Shown here: positions 10,274 to 22,066 of the stretch, in pieces
Layout of the letters: each line of letters begins with the position of its first letter
Numbering within the stretch: position 1 is the first letter of the stretch
Assembly (NCBI GenBank): GCA_963793265.1
Contig: CAWBZI010000001.1
Span: 1,184,001-1,248,000 of the forward strand
DNA length: 64,000 bases
Origin: an uncultured cyanobacterium
GTDB lineage: Bacteria; Cyanobacteriota; Cyanobacteriia; Phormidesmidales; Phormidesmidaceae
Reading direction: 5' to 3'
The notes under the pieces: model-generated
Database searches by the model: none
What the model was told of the DNA's origin: nothing
Seen by the model: only the letters and a program-made list of their open reading frames with translations
Program-made: the position numbers and the translations under genes

Positions 10274-10585
10274 AGATATAAAAAACCTGAGAAAACCTGA
10301 AAATTACGTGACTGTCGCAAATACTTTTCAGGTAGATGCTTTACGCTCCCCTCTACTCACGCGCATTACCATGTCAGGATTTATACCCGTAGTTTTCTAT
10401 AGGTGGCAAACCATAAAAATCAATAAATCCTTATGTATCAACAGCTATATACTTTATGAGAATACAAAGAAGTTTTGTTAATAAAACATCAATGTTCTTT
10501 TATCAAAACGTGAGGGGGAAGACCCCTCAATCGCTCTACTGCTGGCCTGTTAAAGGTTGCAAAAGGCAGGCTATTTTTGATGATA

Positions 10586-13144
10586 CTAAACCCCAAACTC
10601 CGAAGTCGCAGAGACTAATTCCTGAGAATTCTTCGTATTCCCTAGCAAATCACTGCTATTTTCCTCCCCAAAAACGAAGCGATCGCTACTATCAACACCC
10701 ATCAAAAGCACATCATTCTGAGACAAATCAGAAGCGTCTGCTAATAGAGCATCGGTATTCATCGCCGCGACTACCGCCGAGCGATCCTGAGAATCAGCCG
10801 AGAGCAAGGCATCGCGATAAAGCAAACTCTCATTCTCCACAGCCACATCTGCACCCAAGCCAACCACATCCGCAGCCGCAACAAGATCAGCCTTTGCGCC
10901 CGGCAGTCGAAACCGACTCCGTGGCAGATTCACCGCTGTCGGCCCGCCCAAACTACTTGGATCTAGTTCTCCTAAATAGCGCGCATTCTCCGTCCATACA
11001 GTCTCCTTAAAGGTCACAATCAGCGGATACTTCTTAGTCTCACCCATCACCCGGTCTGAAACATACTCATTAATCACTGTCGCCCGCCTGCCATCAGGCA
11101 GCGTGTAATAGCCTTTGTTATTAACCAAATTCAGGATGCCTTGATAGTCAAAAGACAAACTCTCTTCACCAAAAGGCATCGCCACCGTTCCTAGCGAATC
11201 GGTCTTGGTACCGCGAACGCTCACAAAGTCGAATTCGCCATTTTCAACTAGAAGATCGGCATTATCAGAAACCGCAAACTCCAATCTCCCAGGCGTTAGG
11301 TCAGACTGATTTAGCCACTCCTCAGGCGGAATGTTGATCCCTTTGAGATCTGTCTGATTATTCTTCAGCGCCAGATCAATCCAAAACAATCCTCTATCAG
11401 CCAGCTCAGCAGTTCCTTGCCCCGTGTCTGGCTGAGCCGCGATTCCCGAGCTAAAGCCGTCTACCGTCATGTTATTAAACACAAAGTCTTGAACATTCTT
11501 TTGCAATTCAAGCCCCTGACTTTCCCACTTAATCTTGTCTTGAGAGCCGATCAAATCAAAGTTGTTCAGCGTGTAGTGAGAGGTGTACTGAAACTTAGAC
11601 CCCTTGTTCACCTCCCACCCCTTAAAGCCATCCATGACAGTCCTCAAGTCGTTCGTCTGCCGAGGAAAGTCTTTAATTACATGCAGCCCCATCCCAGAAG
11701 CAAACACCTCATTGTTCTTAAACCCTTGAATCGGCGGCTGGTCAGTACTAACTGTTTTGCCATCATCTAGCACCCGCCGCGCCAGCTCTGGCACCGGCAA
11801 ATCCTTAATCTCAGCCGGTAGCAAATCAACCCCCCGATGAAAATAAAACATCCCCGCATTACGACTGCCTGCCGCCACGTTGTTCTCATTCTCCATCAGA
11901 CGACCCTGAAACCAAAAGCCCACGCCCGTTCGCGCAAAGTCGTGCGTGCCCGTACCCTGCTTCTCAATCACGCCGTCAATACCCGGCCCCGTTTTAATCG
12001 AGATATTGTTGCGCATCGCCCCGGTTTCATTCCCGCTTTCAGTTACAAAAGCGCCACCATCCACGTCATAGGCCACGTTGTTCTCTAAAATCGCGCTGCT
12101 GTCATGCACCACAAAGCCCCAGCCGGGCGAGCCATCGACCACGTTGCCCACCATTACCGCAGGGGTTCCATCAGTCCCGGCCTTATGCAAATGCACCGCG
12201 TAGCGACCGGCAATATTAGTACGCGCCCCCGGCACAGGATTGCCCTGTCCGTCTAGCACGCGCTGAGGAAACTTACCGCCCGTATCTTTGAAGTCATCCA
12301 GCGGCCTAGTTTTATCCGTACGGCCCAAGTCTCGAAACTCAGCGTAGCGAATATCCACATCGTTAGTATGCATAAACATGGCGTGCCCACGATGAGAAAT
12401 TGGTGAGGCTTCACCGCTTTCACTCGCGATCGCAATATTCCGGCTCTGGTTAGCCACATACGCTTTCAAATCCCCTCTCGGCGTCGTATGGTCAAACTTT
12501 AGCGGGCGATCCAACGTAATTTGGTTACCCTCAATCGCAGCGATCGCAACCTCTTCATCCTGCGTGCGCGCCTCCCACTGCTGCCCTGCTAGCTCAGCCG
12601 GATACTTCGTGCCCGTGAGCACCAGGCGATCGCCCGCCCGCCAGTTTGCCGGAGCTGATTGGAGAGAAAGTGTGCGATCGCCCGCCCTCGGATCAGCCGC
12701 CACCTTCACATGAGACGTTTTTGCTGCCCCGTGCATTCTCACCTTTCCTGCCGACACCAGCCCGCGCCCTAGCTGCTGCGGATCGCGGCCCAAATCCAGC
12801 GGCCCATTATCTGCAATCAAAATCTCAGCTTTGGCCGTCACCGGGTTCTGCTCAGTGCCGATCTCTAGCTGCCCGCCCATCGCCACCACCACCGTATCCA
12901 CCACCATTTTGGTATCAACTGCGGTCGCAAACCTGAGCTGCCCGTCTACATCAATCGTGTCGAGACGAGCATCGCTTTTGCCGTTATAAGTTACGCTGAG
13001 GCCCTGTGCGATCGCTACTTTTGCCCCGTTGCCTGGCACCACGCCCCCTTGCCACGTTGCTGGATCAAACCAAACTCCGCTGCGCTGCGCCACGTGCGTA
13101 GGCTGACCTAAATTAAAAGCATCAATCCCGTTTGCCATTGCCAT
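10586..13144 (-). CDS. G8-domain / parallel beta-helix protein, tandem paralog lacking LamG, with acidic tail (G8-B)
   Basis: Colinear with and very similar to 7118..10273 over about 750 aa; diverges after SLGGPT. Confidence 0.85.
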   Translation of the reverse strand: MAMANGIDAFNLGQPTHVAQRSGVWFDPATWQGGVVPGNGAKVAIAQGLSVTYNGKSDARLDTIDVDGQLRFATAVDTKMVVDTVVVAMGGQLEIGTEQNPVTAKAEILIADNGPLDLGRDPQQLGRGLVSAGKVRMHGAAKTSHVKVAADPRAGDRTLSLQSAPANWRAGDRLVLTGTKYPAELAGQQWEARTQDEEVAIAAIEGNQITLDRPLKFDHTTPRGDLKAYVANQSRNIAIASESGEASPISHRGHAMFMHTNDVDIRYAEFRDLGRTDKTRPLDDFKDTGGKFPQRVLDGQGNPVPGARTNIAGRYAVHLHKAGTDGTPAVMVGNVVDGSPGWGFVVHDSSAILENNVAYDVDGGAFVTESGNETGAMRNNISIKTGPGIDGVIEKQGTGTHDFARTGVGFWFQGRLMENENNVAAGSRNAGMFYFHRGVDLLPAEIKDLPVPELARRVLDDGKTVSTDQPPIQGFKNNEVFASGMGLHVIKDFPRQTNDLRTVMDGFKGWEVNKGSKFQYTSHYTLNNFDLIGSQDKIKWESQGLELQKNVQDFVFNNMTVDGFSSGIAAQPDTGQGTAELADRGLFWIDLALKNNQTDLKGINIPPEEWLNQSDLTPGRLEFAVSDNADLLVENGEFDFVSVRGTKTDSLGTVAMPFGEESLSFDYQGILNLVNNKGYYTLPDGRRATVINEYVSDRVMGETKKYPLIVTFKETVWTENARYLGELDPSSLGGPTAVNLPRSRFRLPGAKADLVAAADVVGLGADVAVENESLLYRDALLSADSQDRSAVVAAMNTDALLADASDLSQNDVLLMGVDSSDRFVFGEENSSDLLGNTKNSQELVSATSEFGV

Positions 13145-13432
13145 AAGAAATAATCCGTGAGAATGAACCCTAAAAAGAACAAAAGAGATTTTATTAGCGC
13201 CATTTACAGTCTTTAAAAATAAGCTCGTTTTAAGGGCAAATGTCTTTATGTTAGGATCTTACATACTCAGTGATGATTGATACATGCCACAGGCTACAAA
13301 GCACGGAGTAGACACGCCACATATATTCGCAAAGCTCTCTTATATCAGCACTTTCAGCTATCAGTAAACATTTATAAAAGAGTTTTAAACGCAACAAAAA
13401 TAGCCTATGACTAGCCATAGGAAAATCAAAAA

Positions 13433-13461
13433 ATAGGGGCATAGCAGTGCTATGCCCCTAT
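13433..13461 (-). terminator. Rho-independent terminator of gap1
   Basis: Perfect inverted repeat ATAGGGGCATAGCA-G-TGCTATGCCCCTAT followed by a T-run on the minus strand. Confidence 0.8.
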
Positions 13462-13522
13462 CAGGTTTCGACGGTATGTTTTAACGAAGGGTTGCGCCAG
13501 ATGTCCTAGCAATAATTCCGAG

Positions 13523-14584
13523 CTAAGCTGCGGCCATTGCTGCGCTAGCCACATCAGCCGTCAAAATACCCTCAGACTGCGCCATATAAAGCATCAGATC
13601 CATTACTCGGTTCGAGTAACCCCACTCATTGTCATACCAAGCAAGCACTTTAAAGAAGCGATCGTTTAGCTCCATACCCGCTTTGGCATCAAAAACGCTA
13701 GAGCGAGGATCGCCTGTAAAGTCTGAAGACACCAAAGGCTCCTCGGTGTAGCCCAGTACGCCACGAAGGCTATCCAAAGAAGCTTCCTGCATCTTTGAAC
13801 AGATTTCAGCATAGGAAGTTGCCTTCTCAGTGCGGAAGGTAAGATCAACCACAGAAACATCAGGCGTAGGCACCCGAATCGCCATACCCGTGAGCTTGCC
13901 AGCTAGCTCAGGTAATACCAAAGTCACCGCTTTAGCCGCGCCCGTAGACGCTGGAATCAAGTTTTGCCCTGCGCCGCGACCGCTGCGGAAATCCTTATTA
14001 CAAGGGCTATCCACCGTAGGCTGAGTCGCCGTAGACGCATGAATCGTCGTCATCAAGCCTTCAGCCAAACCAAAGTTGTCATTAATCACTTTGGCAATGG
14101 GCGCAAGACAGTTAGTCGTGCAGCTCGCATTAGACACAATCCGATCGCTCGCTGGATTAAACGTCTCATGGTTAACACCCACTAAGAACGTACGCACCTG
14201 ATCGGGGCTCTTTGTCGGCGCAGAGATAATCACGCGCTTAGCACCTGCAACCAAGTGAGCATTCGCCGTGTCGTGAGTGGTAAATAGGCCCGTTGCCTCA
14301 ATTACGTAGTCCGCGCCAATCTCGCCCCAAGGTAGCTCAGTTGGGTTGCGAATAGAGGTGCAAGGAATGAAGCGACCGTTCACGATAATGCCGTTGTCGC
14401 GAGCTTCTACATCACCAGGAAAGGTGCCGTGAGTAGAGTCGTACTTGAGCAAGTAGGCTAGCGTCTCAGGGGGAACTAAGTCGTTGATGCCAACAAACTC
14501 GATATTGCGGTTATTGATAGCCGCGCGAAAAACGAGGCGACCAATCCGGCCAAATCCATTAATACCAACTTTTAGAGCAGCCAT
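13523..14584 (-). CDS. gap1: Type I glyceraldehyde-3-phosphate dehydrogenase (Gap1 type)
   Basis: [22 protein letters not shown] and [10 protein letters not shown]-terminus [19 protein letters not shown] typical of cyanobacterial Gap1; ATG at 14584. Confidence 0.9.
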   Translation of the reverse strand: MAALKVGINGFGRIGRLVFRAAINNRNIEFVGINDLVPPETLAYLLKYDSTHGTFPGDVEARDNGIIVNGRFIPCTSIRNPTELPWGEIGADYVIEATGLFTTHDTANAHLVAGAKRVIISAPTKSPDQVRTFLVGVNHETFNPASDRIVSNASCTTNCLAPIAKVINDNFGLAEGLMTTIHASTATQPTVDSPCNKDFRSGRGAGQNLIPASTGAAKAVTLVLPELAGKLTGMAIRVPTPDVSVVDLTFRTEKATSYAEICSKMQEASLDSLRGVLGYTEEPLVSSDFTGDPRSSVFDAKAGMELNDRFFKVLAWYDNEWGYSNRVMDLMLYMAQSEGILTADVASAAMAAA

Positions 14585-14871
14585 AAGCAAATTTTAGAGA
14601 TGAAGTACGTGGAGGTTTGCAAAGAGTATTAAGCGTGGTGAGCGAAATAAAGCGTTGAATGAGGCGTTATGTGTTTCGCTTCTTGATATTCATTTATAGA
14701 GATAAAAATCGAATTTCTGAAGTTCTACACTTTTCCTTCAGACTTGCTCAGAATTACGAAACAAATTGATTAAGCGATGTAACAGAATATATCGGAATAT
14801 CAAGGCAAGTCATTAGTTAATTACATTCGGTTCAAAGGGCATTTCTCACGCTAGCGATCGCACGCCTCTCA

Positions 14872-17085
14872 TCAATGGGTCGCCGTCACAAAAACAATCG
14901 TACGATTCCAGGTGACCGTATTATTCCTAAGCTGCTGAATAAAACAGTCTCTCATCCGATCAACATCCGCAGCAGACACCCCGCCAGCAACCAAAGCCGC
15001 ATGATACTTTCCGCCATCACTTAGCCACCGATCCAGCAGCGCCGCCGACACTAGCAACTGCGACTGAAACGCTGCGATCGCCACCTCACACCTCAGCCCC
15101 GCCCCCTCAAAATAACGCTGCAAATCAGGCACATCCCAATTCAACATGGCATCATCCGATTTGTTGTATATTGCTTCTTCAGCTTCAACAAGCTGTTCAA
15201 ACAAACCACCTGCCATCTTTGAAGCCTCTAACAGGCCCGAAAGCCTTTGCCCACGAGAAGGCACCGATTCAGCCAGCACGATCTTTCCACTATTGCCCAA
15301 TAGCTCAGCCAAAGACGCGATCGCCTCCCCCTTATTCTCAACCGCCATCAGCGCATTACGCCCCACAATCCCATCAAATTTCTCAGGCACATTCTGTTGT
15401 TTCAACGCGCTTACCCAGTCAGAATCCTTCACCCTAAGCACATGTGGCCTCGTCAGCTCACCTAGCATTGCAGACTGTTCTACCAGCGCATCATAATCTT
15501 TCACCGACCGCACGCAGCTAAACACGCCGCCTTCCGGCACCCGCCGCACCGCTTCCCAAGTCAACAAACCCGTATTCGCATTGAGATCCAACAGAACGTG
15601 ATGCCGCTGAGGATTGAGCGAATCGAACAGGCGATCGCGCACCTCTCCCAACTGCGCTCCCAGCGCCCCCGTCGCCCGTTGCAGCCATTGATCTTCTGCC
15701 ACATTCTCAGGCCCCACCGTCAGCGCCTCCGGCAAACTTCGCTCCGCATTACTCTCCACCAGCGCCGCAAGCTGAGCCTCCCGACGCCGCGCTACCTGAA
15801 GCTGAATCCCCGCCTCATACCCCTGATCCGAAGGTTGATAAAACACCTGCCCCTGCAAGCTACCCGGCAAATACTGCTGCGCCACCCAATGATCGCGATA
15901 CGCATGAGGATACAAATACCCCGCCCCGTGCCCAAACCCCTTTTTATCCCGCGTCGCATCCCGCATCGCATTCGGCACTTCGCCCGCCTTCTCTTCCTTC
16001 ACCGCCGCTAGCGCGTCAAAAAACGCCATCACGCTATTACTCTTCGGAGCCGTCGCCAAATATAGCGTTGCCTGCGCCAGCGGATAGCGCCCCTCCGGCA
16101 TTCCCACCCGGTCAAACGCCGCCGCACAGCCCGTCACCACAACCACCGCATTCGGGTCAGCCATCCCCACATCCTCGCCCGCCAAAATCACTAGCCGCCG
16201 GAAAATATAGCGCGGGTCTTCTCCGGCATACACCATTCGCGCCAGCCAGTACAGCGCCGCATCAGGATCAGAGCCGCGAACGCTTTTAATGAAGGCGCTA
16301 ATCGTATCAAAGTGCGCATCGCCTTCTTTGTCGTATAGCACCGCCCGCTGTTGAATCGACTCTTCTGCCACCGGCAGCGTAATGTGAATAATATTGTTGT
16401 CATCCGGCGGCGTTGTTTCTACCGCGAGTTCCACCGCATTTAGAAGCGATCGCGCATCTCCATTGGCCACATTCACCAAATGCGCCCGAGCCTCATCCGC
16501 TATCTGAATATCTTTCTCTCCATATCCCCGCTTCTCATCGCGCAACACCTGTTGCAAAACGCCCTCCAAATCACTCGCCTCCAGCGGCTTTAGCTGAAAG
16601 ATTCGAGAACGACTCACTAGCGCTTTATTCACCTCAAAAAAGGGATTTTCAGTTGTTGCCCCAATCAAAATCACCGTGCCATTTTCTACCCAGGGCAACA
16701 GCGCATCCTGCTGAGCTTTGTTAAACCGATGCACCTCATCAATAAACAAAATTGTGCGCTGCCCGTACTGTCCCCGTTGCGCCTGAGCTAGCTCAATCGC
16801 ACCCCGAATATCTTTGACCCCGCCCAGCACCGCGTTGATTGCCACAAATTGAGCCCGCGTCGTATTGGCAATCACCCGAGCCAGCGTTGTTTTACCCGTA
16901 CCTGGCGGGCCATAAAAAATTAGAGAAGAGAGCTGATCGGCTTCGATGGCACGACGCAGCAGGCGACCGGGGCCAATGATGTCGTTTTGGCCGATGAATT
17001 CGCTGAGCGATCGCGGCCTCATCCGAGCGGCCAAAGGTGCTTCAGAGGCAATCACTTCCTGCCGCCTTTGCTCAAATAAATCCAT
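14872..17085 (-). CDS. rarA: Replication-associated recombination protein RarA/MgsA with C-terminal methyltransferase-like extension
   Basis: [47 protein letters not shown]; about 290 extra C-terminal aa. Confidence 0.9.
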   Translation of the reverse strand: MDLFEQRRQEVIASEAPLAARMRPRSLSEFIGQNDIIGPGRLLRRAIEADQLSSLIFYGPPGTGKTTLARVIANTTRAQFVAINAVLGGVKDIRGAIELAQAQRGQYGQRTILFIDEVHRFNKAQQDALLPWVENGTVILIGATTENPFFEVNKALVSRSRIFQLKPLEASDLEGVLQQVLRDEKRGYGEKDIQIADEARAHLVNVANGDARSLLNAVELAVETTPPDDNNIIHITLPVAEESIQQRAVLYDKEGDAHFDTISAFIKSVRGSDPDAALYWLARMVYAGEDPRYIFRRLVILAGEDVGMADPNAVVVVTGCAAAFDRVGMPEGRYPLAQATLYLATAPKSNSVMAFFDALAAVKEEKAGEVPNAMRDATRDKKGFGHGAGYLYPHAYRDHWVAQQYLPGSLQGQVFYQPSDQGYEAGIQLQVARRREAQLAALVESNAERSLPEALTVGPENVAEDQWLQRATGALGAQLGEVRDRLFDSLNPQRHHVLLDLNANTGLLTWEAVRRVPEGGVFSCVRSVKDYDALVEQSAMLGELTRPHVLRVKDSDWVSALKQQNVPEKFDGIVGRNALMAVENKGEAIASLAELLGNSGKIVLAESVPSRGQRLSGLLEASKMAGGLFEQLVEAEEAIYNKSDDAMLNWDVPDLQRYFEGAGLRCEVAIAAFQSQLLVSAALLDRWLSDGGKYHAALVAGGVSAADVDRMRDCFIQQLRNNTVTWNRTIVFVTATH

Positions 17086-17191
17086 TGCTCACCCTGCCCT
17101 TCCAACCTATCGCCAGCGCCTCACAAATCTTACATATCAAAAAAACTTTTGGGCACCTTAAAAGCAAAAGACGACCATCAGGTGATAGCCC

Positions 17192-19813
17192 GTGATCCTT
17201 GCCGATCTCACACATAGCGATTCTTCTCGCACACCCACCCCAAAACCCATCATAGATGCCGCCGCCTGCTTTTATGCGCTGTGGAACAATCGTCTATACG
17301 GCATGTACATCATGGAGGTGCTTGAAAACGGCAAAGACTTCCGCTTCTTAGGCTTCAACGATACCTTTCATCAGCTCGAAGGCATTGTCAAAGCCAGCCC
17401 CACGCCAATACATCAGCTAGTCGGTCAGCGATTAAGCACAGGGCTGCCACCAGAGATGGCACGGCACTATCGACGCTACTTTGCAAGCTGCGTTCGCTCA
17501 GGTCATATTGTTGAATTTGAAGAGCATATTCCTAGCAGCAGCGGCGATACGTGGTGGAATCTGAGCATTGAACCGGTAAGAAACCAGAGCGGAGAAATCT
17601 ATCAACTGATTGCGACTGTTGCCGATATTACAGATAAGCGGCGGGCAGAAATAGCACTACAGGCTTCTCGCCAGGTGCTACAGCAAGTCATTGATTCGAT
17701 GCCGTCAGCCGTTATGTGGAAGGATCGCAACAGCATATACAAAGGATGCAATCTACCATTTGCTAAGATCGCAGGCTTTCAAAACGTTGCTGATTTAGTG
17801 GGTAAGAACGATTACGATATGCCCTGGGAAAAAGCAGAGGCTGACTGGTTTCGTAAGTGCGATCGCCAGGTGATGAATACAAACTGCGCTGAAATTGATA
17901 TTATCGAACCACAGCTTCAGGCAGATGGCAAGCAAGCCTGGCTCAGCACGAGCAAAATTCCGCTGCACGATAGCAATGGGCTAGTTTCTGGCGTTTTGGT
18001 TATGTTTGAAGACATTACCGATCGCAAAGACGCTCAAGAACAACAGGAAAGACTGCTCGCTATTTTAGAAGCCACACCTGATGTTGTCGGCATTACCGAT
18101 GCGGCGGGCAATCATCAGTATCTCAATCAGGCGGGGCAAACGCTATTTAATATTCAGCCTGAGCAAATCAATCAGTTTCACCTGGGCAATATCACTCGCC
18201 CTGACGTTGCAAAAAGGCTGATGGAAGAGGCCATTCCCGCTGCGATCGCCAACGGTAGCTGGCACGGCGAGTCTGTCATTCTATGCTGCAAAGGCCAACA
18301 GATTCCGGTGTCTCAGGTGATCATTTGCCATAAAACAGAAGAGGGTAAGGTAGCTTACTTTTCTTCGATTGCCAGGGACATTAGCGATCGCAAAGCCACC
18401 GAAACCCTGCTCAAAGATACTGCTGATCGCCAGGGGGTTCTTAACAAAATTACAGCTCAGGTTAGCAACTCACTCGATCTCGATACGGTCATTGCTACCA
18501 CGCTCATGTCTATGCATCAGGGGCTTAAGCTAGACTACTGCGCTTTTGCCTGGCTAGAAGAGGGGTCTGAGCCTACCTGGAAGGTAGTGCAGGCCGTTGA
18601 TGACACCGACCACGGCATTCCGTTGGATCAGCATCTAGTCGAGTATCCAAAAGAGTATATCGGCGTTAATTTTGAAGGCTTAGCTAATCAAGCAATCATT
18701 CAAACAAACGATACCAGCCGGTGCCACAGCGCGACTCACAAAAAGTTTCTCGAACGGCTAGGCGTTCACTCAGAAATCCTGGTGCCTATTCAAACAGATG
18801 CTGGCAAAACGGGTGTTATTGTCTGCTATCACATTCATCAAATTCATCCCTGGAGCACCGCAGAAGTAGAGTTGTTACGAGCCGTAGGAAATCAGCTTGC
18901 GATCGCTATCAACCAGGCCAACCTCTACGCTCAAAGCTGCCAGCAATCGCAGCAGCTCACCGCCGCGCTTAACCAGCTCAAACGCACCCAGGCCCAAATT
19001 ATCCAGGCCGAAAAAATGTCCAGCTTAGGACAAATGGTGGCAGGCGTCGCGCACGAAATCAACAATCCTGTGAACTTCATTCACGGCAATTTAGAGCCTG
19101 CTCAAGACTATACGCAAGATCTGTTGGGCCTCATTGCCCTATACCAAAAGACCTACACCACGCCGACCCCGGAGATAAAAGAAGAGCTTGAAACGGTCGA
19201 TTTAGAATTTGTAAAAGAAGACTTGCCTAAACTGTTGAATTCGATGATGGCAGGTACCGACCGCATCAGAGAGATAGTACTTTCGCTTCGCAACTTCTCT
19301 CGGCTTGATGAAGCCGCTGTGAAAACGGTTGACTTGCACGAAGGCATCGATAGCACCTTAGTAATTTTGAGCCATCGATTGAAGTGTAATAGGTGCGATC
19401 GCGCCATTAAAGTCAGCAAACAATACGGCGATCTTCCCCAGGTAGACTGCTACCCCAGCCAGCTCAATCAGGTCTTCATGAACATATTCGCCAACGCCAT
19501 CGACGCCTTAGACGATCATCAGCAACCACAGCTCACCATCACCACCGAGCTAACCAAACAGAACAACAAACCAACCCGAGCTATCATCCGCATCTGTGAC
19601 AACGGCCCCGGCATTCCCAAAGTCATCCAGCCTCAAATCCTAGATCCCTTCTTCACCACCAAGCCTGTCGGCAAAGGCACCGGTATGGGCATGTCCATCA
19701 GCTACCAAATCATCACCGAAAAGCACGGCGGCAACCTCACCTTCAGCTCAGAAATCGGCAAAGGTACCGAATTTGTTATTGACATTCCGATCCACCAGAT
19801 CGAGGCAACATAA
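17192..19813 (+). CDS. PAS-PAS-PAS-GAF sensor histidine kinase
   Basis: PAC ends DITDKR/DITDRK/DISDRK, GAF, H-box [20 protein letters not shown] and FFTTKPVGKGTGMG. Confidence 0.92.
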   Translation: MILADLTHSDSSRTPTPKPIIDAAACFYALWNNRLYGMYIMEVLENGKDFRFLGFNDTFHQLEGIVKASPTPIHQLVGQRLSTGLPPEMARHYRRYFASCVRSGHIVEFEEHIPSSSGDTWWNLSIEPVRNQSGEIYQLIATVADITDKRRAEIALQASRQVLQQVIDSMPSAVMWKDRNSIYKGCNLPFAKIAGFQNVADLVGKNDYDMPWEKAEADWFRKCDRQVMNTNCAEIDIIEPQLQADGKQAWLSTSKIPLHDSNGLVSGVLVMFEDITDRKDAQEQQERLLAILEATPDVVGITDAAGNHQYLNQAGQTLFNIQPEQINQFHLGNITRPDVAKRLMEEAIPAAIANGSWHGESVILCCKGQQIPVSQVIICHKTEEGKVAYFSSIARDISDRKATETLLKDTADRQGVLNKITAQVSNSLDLDTVIATTLMSMHQGLKLDYCAFAWLEEGSEPTWKVVQAVDDTDHGIPLDQHLVEYPKEYIGVNFEGLANQAIIQTNDTSRCHSATHKKFLERLGVHSEILVPIQTDAGKTGVIVCYHIHQIHPWSTAEVELLRAVGNQLAIAINQANLYAQSCQQSQQLTAALNQLKRTQAQIIQAEKMSSLGQMVAGVAHEINNPVNFIHGNLEPAQDYTQDLLGLIALYQKTYTTPTPEIKEELETVDLEFVKEDLPKLLNSMMAGTDRIREIVLSLRNFSRLDEAAVKTVDLHEGIDSTLVILSHRLKCNRCDRAIKVSKQYGDLPQVDCYPSQLNQVFMNIFANAIDALDDHQQPQLTITTELTKQNNKPTRAIIRICDNGPGIPKVIQPQILDPFFTTKPVGKGTGMGMSISYQIITEKHGGNLTFSSEIGKGTEFVIDIPIHQIEAT

Positions 19814-19897
19814 CGTAAATAGTCCACGCGGCGACGGTTCAGCACATCTTGACTCAGAGCCCCATTGTGGGGACGGGGGCCTCAGCCACTACAACCC

Positions 19898-19938
19898 AAA
19901 AAACAAAGCCCCCAGAAGACAAAACACTTCCAGGGGCT
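19898..19938 (-). terminator. Probable terminator of typA
   Basis: AGCCCC...GGGGCT hairpin with T-rich tail on the minus strand. Confidence 0.5.
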
Positions 19939-19976
19939 CCAAACTACAACAAACTAGGCATCAAAAAAGAACAAAC

Positions 19977-21770
19977 CTACCGCTTAGCCAGCTTCTTCTT
20001 ACCCACCTTACGCAACCGAATAGACTCAGGCGTAACCTCCACCATCTCATCGGGGCCAATATACTCAAGCGCTCGCTCCAAGCCCATCTCCATCGGAGAC
20101 TGAAGCTGCACTAGCTCATCACCCGACGCGGCTCGGTGGTTCGTAAGCTGCTTAGCCTTACAGATATTCAGCTCCAAATCCTGCGGGCGATTGTTCTCAC
20201 CCACCACCATGCCCTTGTACACCTTCGTACCCGGCTCAATAAAGAACGTCCCACGATCTTCCGCATTCTTCAGCGAGTAGAACGTTGCAACACCTTCTTC
20301 AAACGAAATCAACACGCCATTGCGTCGCGTATCAATCTCACCCGACATCGGACGATACTCCAAAAAGCTGTGGTTCATAATGCCAGCGCCACGAGTCGCC
20401 CGCATAAACTCACCCCTAAAGCCAATCAGGCCCCGAGCCGGTACCACAAACTCAAGCTGCGCCCGGCCATCGCCCGACACCATCATGTCTTGCAGTTCGC
20501 CTTTACGCGTACCCAAGCGCTCCATACAGCCGCCAACGGATTCTTCAGGAATATCGAGCACTAGCTGCTCAAACGGCTCGCAGGGCTTGCTGTTCACTTC
20601 ACGGTAAATCACCTGAGGCTGAGACACCTGAAACTCATAGCCCTCACGTCGCATCGTTTCAATCAAAATGCCAAGGTGTAGCTCACCCCGACCCGATACC
20701 GCGAAGCGATCGGGAGAATCAGTCGGCTCAACGCGCAAAGCCACATTGGTTTCTAGCTCACGGAAGAGGCGATCGCGCAACTGCCTGGACGTAACAAAAT
20801 CACCCTCTTGCCCTGCAAACGGTGAATCATTCACCGCAAAGGTCATCTGCAACGTTGGCTCATCTACCTTAATCAAAGGCAGCGCCTGCGGGTCGCTCGC
20901 ACTCGTAATCGTCTCACCAATGTTTGCATCCGCAAAACCAGCCACAGCCACCAGGTTACCAGCCGTGGCTTCTTTGATCTCAACGCGAGCCAAACCATCA
21001 AAGCCCATCAGCTTCGTAATTCTGCCCTTAACAATCGAGCCATCTTCTTTCACCAGCGCCGTCTGCTCGCCCTGACGAATCGTGCCGTTGTGCACCTTAC
21101 CAATCACAATCCGACCCAGGTAGTCCGAATAGTCCAGCGTGGTCACCTGAAGCTGCAAAGGCTTCTCAGGGTCACCAACTGGCGGTGATACATGGTGCAA
21201 AATCGACTCAAACAAAGGCTGCATGTCCTTGTCTTCGTCTTCCATTTTCGTTTTGGCAAAACCGCTCAGGCCCGATGCAAACAGATAGGGAAAATCGCAC
21301 TGGTCATCATCTGCACCCAGCTCAAGAAAAAGGTCAAGTACCTTATCTACAGCGACATGGGGGTCAGCCCGAGGCCGGTCAATCTTGTTGACCACCACAA
21401 TCGGACGCAAGCCTTTCTCTAGCGCCTTTTTCAGTACAAAGCGCGTCTGTGGCATCGGCCCTTCATTCGCGTCCACAATCAGCAGACAGCCGTCCACCAT
21501 GCCCAGTACGCGCTCAACTTCACCGCCAAAGTCCGCGTGACCAGGCGTATCTACAATATTGACCAAAATGTCTTTATACCGAACCGCCGTGTTCTTAGAC
21601 AGAATGGTGATCCCTCGCTCTCGTTCCAAATCGTTAGAGTCGAGCACACAAGTGGGGACGGCTTCGTTGTCACGAAAGATGCCGGACTGCTCAAGCAGTG
21701 AATCGACGAGTGTGGTTTTGCCGTGGTCTACGTGGGCGATGATAGCGACGTTACGAATTGGAATGCTCAT
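19977..21770 (-). CDS. typA: Translational GTPase TypA/BipA
   Basis: [37 protein letters not shown] and GRGELHL; ATG at 21770. Confidence 0.96.
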   Translation of the reverse strand: MSIPIRNVAIIAHVDHGKTTLVDSLLEQSGIFRDNEAVPTCVLDSNDLERERGITILSKNTAVRYKDILVNIVDTPGHADFGGEVERVLGMVDGCLLIVDANEGPMPQTRFVLKKALEKGLRPIVVVNKIDRPRADPHVAVDKVLDLFLELGADDDQCDFPYLFASGLSGFAKTKMEDEDKDMQPLFESILHHVSPPVGDPEKPLQLQVTTLDYSDYLGRIVIGKVHNGTIRQGEQTALVKEDGSIVKGRITKLMGFDGLARVEIKEATAGNLVAVAGFADANIGETITSASDPQALPLIKVDEPTLQMTFAVNDSPFAGQEGDFVTSRQLRDRLFRELETNVALRVEPTDSPDRFAVSGRGELHLGILIETMRREGYEFQVSQPQVIYREVNSKPCEPFEQLVLDIPEESVGGCMERLGTRKGELQDMMVSGDGRAQLEFVVPARGLIGFRGEFMRATRGAGIMNHSFLEYRPMSGEIDTRRNGVLISFEEGVATFYSLKNAEDRGTFFIEPGTKVYKGMVVGENNRPQDLELNICKAKQLTNHRAASGDELVQLQSPMEMGLERALEYIGPDEMVEVTPESIRLRKVGKKKLAKR

Positions 21771-22066
21771 GAGGTATCTCAAATGTGATGGCCCGCCAAT
21801 GCTTCGCGAGCACAAAAGAAGCTGCAATCAGGTGACATTTTTTTACGTCACCTATATAAAGCTTAATCAATTGTAACTTATGGGATAGCGCTCGTGGGCC
21901 TCAAACCCTTTTAATTTGGGCAAGTTGACGCATCTCCTCAGGTAGGCAAAACCTGACAACGGAGCAAATCCTTATGGGCTGCTTTGTTGGGAAGTGACGC
22001 GAGGCGATCGCGAATAAAAAGTCATCAATAAATAATGATGTTTGGCCAGATGCTCAGCCCTCAAGC

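Noticed and set aside
10456..11010. 184-aa plus-strand ORF and many similar ORFs antisense to or overlapping real genes
   Set aside because: Shadow frames of well-supported genes, with no recognisable motifs
21938..21958. TCAGGT-N7-ACCTGA inverted repeat resembling words upstream of G8-A
   Set aside because: Too short to distinguish from chance, and spacing differs between the sites
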